Assembly (NCBI GenBank): GCA_030018135.1
Contig: JASEGJ010000006.1
Location: 1 to 50,942, forward strand
Direction of reading: 5' to 3'
Length of the DNA stretch: 50,942 bases
Origin: Candidatus Hodarchaeaceae archaeon
GTDB taxonomy: Archaea; Hadarchaeota; Hadarchaeia; Hadarchaeales; Hadarchaeaceae
In this document: positions 29,720 to 38,087 of the stretch, in pieces
Numbering within the stretch: position 1 is the stretch's first letter
Layout: each line of letters starts with the position of its first letter
Translations under genes and position numbers: made by a program
The notes under the pieces: model-generated
Database searches by the model: none
What the model was told of the DNA's origin: nothing
Seen by the model: only the letters and a program-made list of their open reading frames with translations

Positions 29720-29955
29720 CGGATTTCAGGTGCAGGGGGGAGGTCAAACCCATAGCCAAACACTACCACAGGCTCATCGGCTACTCCCGGCGCTCTGGAC
29801 GGCGCGAGTTCTGGAACTGCTGGACCGGCATTGCCGAGTACAGGTTCGATGAACTGGACGAGACCGGGCAGTGGCTGCTGGGGGTGGGCCGGGTGCTGGG
29901 AACGGGTGCAAAATCCTCGTTCGGGCTCGGCTTCTTCAGCGTTCAGCCCATGTGA
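29716..29955 (+). pseudogene. cas6: Cas6 C-terminal fragment (not in the ORF track)
   Basis: Start-less open frame ending WTGIAEYRFDELDETGQWLLGVGRVLGTGAKSSFGLGFFSVQPM*, with the Cas6 G-rich loop GxGxxxxxGxG. Confidence 0.7.
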
Positions 29956-29984
29956 TCTCAGAAATCGTAGAGGAAGGTGGCGCT

Positions 29985-30686
29985 CTAGATTTTTCCCGCG
30001 AGCCACCTCAGGATCTGACATCCGAATTTGAGGTACAGGTTGCCCAGCTCGGTCCCGTCTACCTCTTTCCTCTCCCTCCCCCAATCCACCATCCCGCCGA
30101 CCCAGTGGGGCGAGAGGTCTGTGGTAAAGGCGAGGGTCCTACCCTTCCCATACTTTCCGACCACGAGCAACGGGTGTTCTTCCTCAGCCAGCTTCACCCC
30201 TTCGACCCTGTCCTTGCCGAGGGATTCTATCCTCCTCAGGATCAGCAGGACCTCGGCATCGGTCTTCGGCACGACCTTGTTGTACCCGCAAACGGTTGGG
30301 GCGTCCTCCCATGGCAACTCCCTCAGGATGGCGTGATCCTTTTTCTTGATTATTTTGAATCCGTTTGGGTCGTTGACCCTGTCGTCCCGGGGCAAGCATT
30401 TCACCGGCAGTACCTCTTCGACGGGCGTTTTTCCCCAATTCCCGTTGGAGCCCGTGAAGGACCACCATCCGCCTATCATCCCCAGGCCCTTGCCCTTCTC
30501 CACGTACTTTTTCAGGAGTTCCATTTTCTCCTTGCTCAGCTCTTTGGCTGGGGCGTCGCTTATCACGACGACATCGTAATCCTCAAGCTTCGAGGGCATC
30601 TCCCCGAGCTTGCCCGGGGGCAGGCGGAGGAAATCGAACCCGCAGTTCTTCGTCACGGCTATCAGATATCTCGCGTACTGCTCCAA
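29985..30686 (-). CDS. Class I glutamine amidotransferase-like protein (DUF1355 type)
   Basis: YDVVVISD, GLGMIGGWWSFTG, EVLPV, GYN, PLLVVGKYGKGRTLAFTTDLSPHW motifs; start uncertain. Confidence 0.8.
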   Translation of the reverse strand: MEQYARYLIAVTKNCGFDFLRLPPGKLGEMPSKLEDYDVVVISDAPAKELSKEKMELLKKYVEKGKGLGMIGGWWSFTGSNGNWGKTPVEEVLPVKCLPRDDRVNDPNGFKIIKKKDHAILRELPWEDAPTVCGYNKVVPKTDAEVLLILRRIESLGKDRVEGVKLAEEEHPLLVVGKYGKGRTLAFTTDLSPHWVGGMVDWGRERKEVDGTELGNLYLKFGCQILRWLAGKI

Positions 30687-30844
30687 TTCACCAAGTATCC
30701 GCTCGCATGGTTTAAGATACGGCGTCTAAATTTAAAGCTTTGTGTTACAACTACGACGAATTTTGCACGCCCGTAGAAAAAACCACGACGCATATACGTC
30801 ATTCGCGCGTTCGCCGGCCGTAGGTGCTGCTTTAAAAAGCTAAG

Positions 30845-32626
30845 CTAAAATTCAAGCAAGCCCAATTGCCTCAGCTTTTCCTCGGTCGGCACACCGCTGG
30901 AGTCCCAGCCCCTAGAGGCGTAGTAGCTCGGCAGCATGCTCGCTACCATGGACCTGCGCCCCCTGGATGGGCCCTCGGGCATGGGCTCCTCCGCCAGCCG
31001 CTTGGGCAGCACATCGTCCTTCGCCCCGAGGCCCTCGCGGATGTTGTACAGTCGCTCCAAGTTCCATATTCGCTCGCCCACGGTCATGATATCCTCGTCG
31101 GTGAACTCGATGCCGGTCGCGGCCGTAAGCAACTTCGCGTACTGCACGGCCCCAAGCGCGAAGGTCGTGAACCTGCAGAGCACGAGCGAGTCGACGGCCG
31201 CTGATAGGTCCTGAAGTATTATCGTCATCTCCGCCTTGTCGCTGGCCGAGAAGCGCTCCATCAACTTCGGCGCGCCGAGTATTTCGGGCGCGATCATGTA
31301 CGCTCGAAGGTGACAGCCCCCTCTATTGCTCGTGGCGTACGCCAAACCCTGTCCCTGGGCGCCCCTCGGGTCGTAAGCTGGCAGCTCCAAGCCCTTGACG
31401 GACATGGAAAGCTCTGGGAGCCCGCGCCCCCCCGCGAGCCTAGCTGACCCCTCCGCCAGCTCATCGCCGATCCCCTCGCGCACCCCAGTAGCCCTCGTCA
31501 GATCCACGATTGCCCTGGCATCGCCGAATTTAGGTCCGTCCAGCTTCCCCCTCTCGCCCAGCTCCATCGCGCAGCCTATGGTGCTGCCCATCGAGATCGT
31601 GTCCAATCCGAGGTCGTTGCACAGGAGGTTTGCCTCGGCTATGGCGGCGAGGTCATCGACGCCGCACTGCGCGCCGAATGCCCAGATCGTCCCGTACTCT
31701 GGCCCCTCCCCCTCGACATCTCCGACCTTCGTCACCCTGCCGCAGGCGATCGGGCACCCGAAGCATCCCCTATTTCTCACCAAGGTGGTCTCGGCTATCG
31801 TCTCGCCGCTCGTCTTGTCCGCCGTCGGAAAAACACCCGCCCGGAAGTTGCGCGTCGGGTAGATGCCGTGCTCGTTGATTATGTTCACAAGCACGGCGGT
31901 GCCGCAGGTGGGCAGGGCTGTGCCGGTGATGGGGTCCTCCCTCAGCAGCTTTTGGCACTCCCTCACGCAAACGTCGAACGATCCCTCGTCGGCTATCTTT
32001 GGTCGACCGCTGCCCCGGACGGCTATCGCCTTCAAGAGCTTGCTGCCCATCACAGCGCCGACGCCGCCTCGACCAGCGGCTCGATGCTTGTCGTTGACGA
32101 TGGCCGCGATCCTGACGAGCCTTTCCCCCGCGGGGCCTATGCACGCCACCCTAGCCCTGCTGTTGCCCACCTGCCTGCAGATGGCATCCGTGGTGGCGTG
32201 CGTCCCCATGCCCCAAATGTCCGAGGCATCCCTCAGCTCGGCCTCCCCATCGTGCACCCATAGGTAAACCGGCTCCCTCGCCTGTCCCTTGATCACGATG
32301 GCATCCACGCCCGCGAATTTGAGTTCCGCCCCCCAATTGCCTCCTGAGTTTGCATCGAATATCGTGCCCGTCAAGGGCGATTTGGTCACCACGCAATGGC
32401 GCCCGGAGGTCGGTGCCAAGGTGCCGGTCAGCGGCCCCGTCGCGAACACCAATAAGTTATCCGGATCGAATGGCCCTACATCGTGCCTGACCCTATCGTA
32501 GAGAAGCCTCACCCCGAGCCCACGGCCCCCTATCAGATCTCGCGCGAGTTCCTCGTCCAGCCCCACCTCTGTTATCCTCTCCCCAGACAAGTCGACCTCC
32601 AAGATCTTGCCGGCCCAGCCGTACAT
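30845..32626 (-). CDS. aor: Tungsten aldehyde:ferredoxin oxidoreductase (paralog 3, AOR sensu stricto-like)
   Basis: MYGWAGKILEVDLS, AAGRGGVGAVMGSK, CFGCPIACGR, GLDTIS, ELPAYDPRG and TSNRGGCH motifs. Confidence 0.9.
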   Translation of the reverse strand: MYGWAGKILEVDLSGERITEVGLDEELARDLIGGRGLGVRLLYDRVRHDVGPFDPDNLLVFATGPLTGTLAPTSGRHCVVTKSPLTGTIFDANSGGNWGAELKFAGVDAIVIKGQAREPVYLWVHDGEAELRDASDIWGMGTHATTDAICRQVGNSRARVACIGPAGERLVRIAAIVNDKHRAAGRGGVGAVMGSKLLKAIAVRGSGRPKIADEGSFDVCVRECQKLLREDPITGTALPTCGTAVLVNIINEHGIYPTRNFRAGVFPTADKTSGETIAETTLVRNRGCFGCPIACGRVTKVGDVEGEGPEYGTIWAFGAQCGVDDLAAIAEANLLCNDLGLDTISMGSTIGCAMELGERGKLDGPKFGDARAIVDLTRATGVREGIGDELAEGSARLAGGRGLPELSMSVKGLELPAYDPRGAQGQGLAYATSNRGGCHLRAYMIAPEILGAPKLMERFSASDKAEMTIILQDLSAAVDSLVLCRFTTFALGAVQYAKLLTAATGIEFTDEDIMTVGERIWNLERLYNIREGLGAKDDVLPKRLAEEPMPEGPSRGRRSMVASMLPSYYASRGWDSSGVPTEEKLRQLGLLEF

Positions 32627-32637
32627 CTCCGCTCGCC

Positions 32638-33516
32638 TCAGATGAGGCCCGCTTTCTTCATTCCCTTTCGCAGCAATACCCGCTCCACGCCCGTGAGGGG
32701 TCCGAGGGGCATGCGGGTCCGCCCGCTCGGCCTGCCCATGAGCGTTTGGACGAGCTTCTGCCCGTAGGGGTATGGCACCTTGCGGAGCTCGTTTTTCAGC
32801 CTGATCAAATTGAGCTGGATCTGCCTGCAGCGCCCGTAGTCCTTTTTGAGGAAGGAGTTGTACATCTCGAGCACCATCTGGGGCAGGCATGCTGCCAACG
32901 CGGCGATGCAGCCGGAGGCGCCAACGCAAAGCGCTGGGAAGATGAGCTCGTCGTCGCCGCACGCGAAGCTGATGCGGTCGCCCGCCCTCTCGATCAGCTC
33001 CTGAAAGTAGATCAAGTCGCCGCTCGTGTTCAGCCCGCGGATGTTCGGGTGGAAGGCCAGCACATCGACGAGGGTGGGGTCGAGCTTCACGCCCGTGTAT
33101 TCTGGCAGGTTGTTGATTATCACCGGGATGTCAATTGAGTCAGCCAATGTCTCGTAGTGCATTCGCAGGCCGCGCGGATGCTGGGGGAAGAACCAAGGCG
33201 TCAGCGCCATCGCCGCAGCCGCCCCAACGTCCTCGGCAAACCTAGCCAGCTCGACGGCATCCTTGGTTCTGGCGCAGCCGACCTCCGCGATCACGGGCAC
33301 CCCCTTCGACTCCTCGACGGTTATCCGGATCACGCGCTTCCTCTCCTCATCGCCCATCAGGGCCATCTCGCCCGGGGTCGAGCAAGCCACCAGCCCGTGG
33401 ACGCCGGCCTCGACGAGGTATTGGATGTCCTTGCGCAGGGCCTCCTCGTCGATGGACTCGTCCTCCTTAAACGGCGTCGTGAACGCCACGTTGACCCCCT
33501 TCAGCTCGAACGCCAA
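32638..33516 (-). CDS. DHDPS/NAL-family TIM-barrel protein lacking the catalytic Lys and Tyr
   Basis: TTPF, STPGE, IINNLP and GLNTSGD; GGAGGTG SD before TTG at 33516; ends 11 nt before the AOR start. Confidence 0.8.
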   Translation of the reverse strand: MAFELKGVNVAFTTPFKEDESIDEEALRKDIQYLVEAGVHGLVACSTPGEMALMGDEERKRVIRITVEESKGVPVIAEVGCARTKDAVELARFAEDVGAAAAMALTPWFFPQHPRGLRMHYETLADSIDIPVIINNLPEYTGVKLDPTLVDVLAFHPNIRGLNTSGDLIYFQELIERAGDRISFACGDDELIFPALCVGASGCIAALAACLPQMVLEMYNSFLKKDYGRCRQIQLNLIRLKNELRKVPYPYGQKLVQTLMGRPSGRTRMPLGPLTGVERVLLRKGMKKAGLI

Positions 33517-33666
33517 GTGAAACACCTCCAGCGTAGGGTTGACAATCGTGAGCTTATACTTTTCGGGCTTCCCCCCTAAACCCCTCGTGAGTCTGTTTTC
33601 CAATGTCCGGCGCGACGCAGGCAAACGATAAAATTCCGCCGCGCTTCATTGTCCATAGTGGTGACG

Positions 33667-35064
33667 ATGGAAATCGCAGGTTATGCGGTGGAGCTAGCCA
33701 CGAAGCTCGGCGCCTCCTATGCGGACGCACGGCTCGAGCGCGTGCGCAGGGAGGCGGTCCTGGTAAAGGACGGCGCCCTGGAGAGGGTCAGGTCGGAGGA
33801 GGAGCACGGCGTCGGAATCCGCGCACTCGCTGGCGCGTGGGGCTTCGCCTCGACGAGCGAGCTGACAAAATCCGCGGTTGAGGGTGCTGTGGGGGCGGCG
33901 ATCGGCATGGCGAGAGCCGCGAAGCGTGGCCGGGAGACGAAGCTTGCCGGAGTCGAGCCAGCGACTGCAGTTTCGCACGCCGCGCGGAAAATTGACCCGT
34001 TCAAGGTGGAGCTCAATGAGAAGATCGAACTATGCCTCGAGGCCGACGAGGGGGCGCGCGCGGATGAAAATATCAAGCGAACCTCCGCCGCGATTGCATG
34101 CGAACAGGTCAGGAGGGTGTTCATCAGCAGCGAGGGGGCGCACATCGAGACGGATTGCGTCCTGACGTACGCGGAGGTTTTTGCGCTCGCGAAGCGCGGC
34201 GGGGTTACCGAGTACATGGAGGATATCGCGGGTGGGGCCGGGGGCTTCGAGGTCGTGCGGGCCTTCGACATGCCGGCCCGCGCAGGGGAAGTCGGCAGGA
34301 AGGCATCGGCGCTGGCGGCGGCCAAGACGCTGCCTAGGCGAAAGCTGAGGGTGGTGCTCGATCCGGATTTCGTCGCCCTCCTCGCCCACGAACTCGTCGG
34401 CCACCCGAGCGAGGCCGACCGCGTCCTCGGGCGGGAGGCGGCCTGGGCCGGCAAGGCGTGGTGGGCCGGGAAGCTAGGCGAGCGGGTGGCTTCGAAGCTC
34501 CTCAACGTGGTCGACGACCCCCTGGTGCCGGGCGCCCTCGGGTTTTACGAGTACGACGATGAGGGCGTGCCGGCGAGGCGCAAGCAACTGATCCGAGAGG
34601 GCATGTTGCTCGAGCACATGCACAGCCGCGAGACCGCGGTCGAGTTCGGCGTCGAGCCCAATGGGAACATGCGCGCCCAGGGCTTCAGGTACCTCCCGCT
34701 CATCCGAATGAGCAACACCTTCATCGAGCCCGGCGAGTTCGAGCGCGAGGAGCTGTTCGATGTGCCTCGCGGCGTCTACCTGAGGGGCGCGAAGATACCA
34801 AGCATAGACTCGCGGCGCTACAACTTTCAGATCAGCGCTAAGGAGGCCTTCCTAATCGAGCGGGGCGAGCTCGTGGGGCCCTTCCGCGATGTGTCGCTCG
34901 CGGGGGTCGCACCAGAGTTTTTCGCCAGCATCGACGCGGTGGCGAGCGATTTTGAGATGCGGCCGATACCCAACTGCGGAAAGGGCGACCCCATGCAGAC
35001 GTTGCACGTCGGCAACGGCGGGCCGCACCTCCGCGGAAAGGCGCTGGTGGTGGGGGGGAGGTGA
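33667..35064 (+). CDS. tldD: TldD metalloprotease subunit
   Basis: HELVGHPSEAD (HExxGH), YDDEG, IRMSNT and CGKG motifs. Confidence 0.9.
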   Translation: MEIAGYAVELATKLGASYADARLERVRREAVLVKDGALERVRSEEEHGVGIRALAGAWGFASTSELTKSAVEGAVGAAIGMARAAKRGRETKLAGVEPATAVSHAARKIDPFKVELNEKIELCLEADEGARADENIKRTSAAIACEQVRRVFISSEGAHIETDCVLTYAEVFALAKRGGVTEYMEDIAGGAGGFEVVRAFDMPARAGEVGRKASALAAAKTLPRRKLRVVLDPDFVALLAHELVGHPSEADRVLGREAAWAGKAWWAGKLGERVASKLLNVVDDPLVPGALGFYEYDDEGVPARRKQLIREGMLLEHMHSRETAVEFGVEPNGNMRAQGFRYLPLIRMSNTFIEPGEFEREELFDVPRGVYLRGAKIPSIDSRRYNFQISAKEAFLIERGELVGPFRDVSLAGVAPEFFASIDAVASDFEMRPIPNCGKGDPMQTLHVGNGGPHLRGKALVVGGR

Positions 35065-36417
35065 ATGCTGGAAACCGCGCAAAAAGCGCTCAAGGCCATG
35101 CGGAGGGAAGGCGCAGGGCAGGCTGAAGCATTCGTGGCGGAAAACTCGGTGTTGACCGTGAGGATAGCCTCTAACCGAATTATCGAAACGAAATTCGTGC
35201 GCGACGAGGGCATGGGGCTCCGCGCGGCGGTCGGGCAGAGGGTTGGGTTCGCGTGTGCAAACGAGTTCACCCCCGAGCTGGCCAAGCGCGCGGTCTCGAT
35301 CGCGCGCGCGCGTCCCCCCAATCCTGACTTCAACGGGTTTCCGACGCCAACCAAGCCCAAGCGCGTGAGGGGCATCTACGACTCCGCCCTAGCATCGCTA
35401 CCGCCCGAGCGGGCGGCGGAGATCGCTGAGTCGATGCTCGTGTCGGCCTTGTGCTTCGACGACCGCGTGGCCGAGGTGTCGGGGGCCCTCAACGTCGTGG
35501 TCGAGCGCTGCGCGATCGCAAATTCGAACGGCGTAATCATCGCGGATCGGGCGACGCGAATGCTCGGACACCTGACGGTCGAGGCCCGCGACCTCGGGCG
35601 CTCCGAGGGCGCAGCTTGGCTCGGCAGCACGAATTTGCGCGATTTCGACCCCAGCGCCGTGGGCAGGAGGGCGGCCGAGCTGGCGGTGGGCTCACTGAAC
35701 CCTAAGAAGGTCAAGCCCGGCAATTACGATGTCATCCTGGAGCCAGCCGCTACGGCGGAGCTGCTCTACCATGTGCTAGGCTACGCCGTCAACGGGCGCG
35801 ACGTCCACGACGGGATCTCATATTTTGCGGACCACCTCGGCAAAGACATCGCCGCGGAGGAATTGAGCATTTGCGACTGGGGTAACATGTCAAATGGCCA
35901 ATGTTCAAAGACCTTCGACGACGAGGGGGTGCCGACCCAGCGAACGTCCTTAATCGAGCGCGGCAGGCTCGTCGGCTTCGTGTACGACCGCTACTACGCC
36001 GGAAAAGCCGGGATGCGAAGCACGGGCAACGGGCTCCGCCTCGCGGACATGCCCGGCCGTTGTTACGGGGTCGAGCCGAGCCCGTGCATAACCAATTTGG
36101 TGCTCTCGCCGGGCGACTTCAAGCGCGAGGAGCTGATCGCGGACACAAAGCGGGGCCTGCTTCTCTCGCGGATTTGGTACACCTACCCGATAACGCCCCA
36201 GATCGGCGATTTCTCCACCACTTCCAGGTGCGGCTTCCTCGTTCGCGGCGGCGAGCTTGTGGGCGCCGCCGGGCAGGTGCGCATTCACGAGAACATGCCG
36301 CGCATCCTAAGGAGGGTCACCGGAATAGCGGACGATGTCGAGCAGGTGATGCCGTGGGGAGCGGTCGCAGCGATCTGTGCGCCGAGCTTGCGTTTAAGCG
36401 GCGTCCGCGTTGAGTAA
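35065..36417 (+). CDS. pmbA: PmbA/TldE subunit
   Basis: TldD paralog without HExxH; FDDEG and STGN motifs; abuts tldD. Confidence 0.88.
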   Translation: MLETAQKALKAMRREGAGQAEAFVAENSVLTVRIASNRIIETKFVRDEGMGLRAAVGQRVGFACANEFTPELAKRAVSIARARPPNPDFNGFPTPTKPKRVRGIYDSALASLPPERAAEIAESMLVSALCFDDRVAEVSGALNVVVERCAIANSNGVIIADRATRMLGHLTVEARDLGRSEGAAWLGSTNLRDFDPSAVGRRAAELAVGSLNPKKVKPGNYDVILEPAATAELLYHVLGYAVNGRDVHDGISYFADHLGKDIAAEELSICDWGNMSNGQCSKTFDDEGVPTQRTSLIERGRLVGFVYDRYYAGKAGMRSTGNGLRLADMPGRCYGVEPSPCITNLVLSPGDFKREELIADTKRGLLLSRIWYTYPITPQIGDFSTTSRCGFLVRGGELVGAAGQVRIHENMPRILRRVTGIADDVEQVMPWGAVAAICAPSLRLSGVRVE

Positions 36418-36464
36418 AATTCGGCGCCGCACCCTCAGGGGCGGGAATTTAGTGTCGACCGCAA

Positions 36465-37673
36465 CTAGGCTCCGAATTTCCTGCCCTTGCCCATGAGGTC
36501 GGCGAGCGTGGGCAGCAGGTCCTTGCCGCGAATCCGCCCCAGGCCGCCCCTCGCGCAGGAGCGCTCATCGTACGCCCTGACATCGTCCGCGCGCACGCCG
36601 GGCCCAGCGATGAGCACCGGCACGGGGTCGCCGGTATGCTCGCGCACGCCGACGGGCGTGGTGTGGTCGACCGCTATGGTGATGAAATCGGCCGCGCCGA
36701 CGAGGGAACCGAGCATGTCGTCGACGCGCTCGATGAACTGCACCTTGGCGGCAGCGTTTCCGTCGTGGCTTGCCTCGTCGAAGCCCTTCACGTGCAGCAG
36801 TGCCAGCTCGTTGCTTTCGAGCGCCCTCAGGGTCGCGTCGCACTTCGCGTTCAGGTTCGTGTCCAGGCCACCGGTCGCGCCCGGCACATCGACGATCGTC
36901 ATGCCCGCCATTCGGCACACGCCCTTGACGAGGGCAGCCGCTGCGATGCAGGCGCCCCTGAGCTTGAACCTCTCGTGAAGCGGCTCCAGGTGGGGTATCA
37001 CCCCCGCCCCGCGCAGCAGCAGGTAGTTCGCGGGGAGCATCCCCCCTTTCGCGCGCTCCAAGTTTGCGGGGTGAGCCTTGAGCACCTGGTGCGCCCTTCG
37101 CGATAACTCGTTCAGCAGCCGCGCCGTTTTCGCGGCCTCGCGCGATAGCGGCTTGATCTGCAAAACTTTGGAGCCGAGTTCGTGGGGATCAGAGTCGGTC
37201 ACCTCGTGCGACAAACCCCTGCCGCGCAAAACTAGCGCCGCCCTATGCCCGACCGTGCTCTTGAAGATGACACGCACGCCCGGCAGCTTTATCCGCCCGA
37301 TCGCGGCCGCGAGTTGACCGGTGTCTTGGATGCGCCCGGCCCGCCTGTCCTTGACGATGAGTTTGTCGTCCACCGTGGCGAAGTTCGCCCGGAGGGCGAT
37401 GTCGCCCGCGCGGAGGTCGATGCCCGCCCCGGCGGCCTCGAACGGTCCCCGCCCCGTGTAGACCTCTTGCGGGTCGTAGCCCAGCAGCGCGAGGTGGGCT
37501 GTGTCGCTCCCCGGGGGCACGCCGGGTGCGATGGTGTCCATCAGCCCGCAGATCCCCCGCCTCGCGAGCTCGTCCATGTTCGGCTTCTTCGCGAGTTCGA
37601 GGGGCGTTCGGTTGCCCAGCTCCGGCATCGGGCGATCGGCCATGCCGTCGCAGATCAGCATGATCGTCTTCAA
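36465..37673 (-). CDS. apgM: Archaeal 2,3-bisphosphoglycerate-independent phosphoglycerate mutase
   Basis: DGMADRP, PGSDTAHL, GRGPFEA, DEASHDG, DHTTP and HTGDPVP motifs. Confidence 0.92.
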   Translation of the reverse strand: MKTIMLICDGMADRPMPELGNRTPLELAKKPNMDELARRGICGLMDTIAPGVPPGSDTAHLALLGYDPQEVYTGRGPFEAAGAGIDLRAGDIALRANFATVDDKLIVKDRRAGRIQDTGQLAAAIGRIKLPGVRVIFKSTVGHRAALVLRGRGLSHEVTDSDPHELGSKVLQIKPLSREAAKTARLLNELSRRAHQVLKAHPANLERAKGGMLPANYLLLRGAGVIPHLEPLHERFKLRGACIAAAALVKGVCRMAGMTIVDVPGATGGLDTNLNAKCDATLRALESNELALLHVKGFDEASHDGNAAAKVQFIERVDDMLGSLVGAADFITIAVDHTTPVGVREHTGDPVPVLIAGPGVRADDVRAYDERSCARGGLGRIRGKDLLPTLADLMGKGRKFGA

Positions 37674-37828
37674 CGGTTCATCCCCCTATCGTGGATGTCG
37701 CGCGCTTAAGAAAAGTTTTTTGCCGTCGGGGGAACCTGGAAATAAACCGGCAACTTTGCCGATCGACCTTCCTCAAATGGACGAAGGGACACAAATGTTG
37801 AAAGGGCAAGAAGGCCAATATTTAAATT

Positions 37829-37922
37829 GGGCCCGTGGCTCAGCTTGGATGGAGCGTCCGGCTTCGGCCCTCGTTTAAGGGAAGAAACCGGAAGGTCGGG
37901 GGTTCGAATCCCTCCGGGCCCG
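37829..37922 (+). tRNA. tRNA-Arg(TCG) with a 19-nt canonical intron (37868-37886); no encoded CCA
   Basis: GGGCCCG acceptor, TCCGG/CCGGA stem, CT-TCG-G|A, BHB with CTTC/GAAG helix, GGTTCGAATC T-loop. Confidence 0.92.
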
Positions 37923-38087
37923 TCATTTCTTAGAAGATTAGAAGGGTTGGAACAAAAGTAGGGAAAAATCCTTTAGAAAAGGGAAAAGAGATATGTAGCT
38001 AAACAGGAGATATTTTTCTATAAGAAAAAATAAATATGACCGCATCACGTTTTGCGGCCATGTTTGGCTTATCTCCAACGCTCAATC

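Noticed and set aside
29871-30776. 301-aa plus-strand ORF
   Set aside because: Antisense shadow of the DUF1355-like gene.
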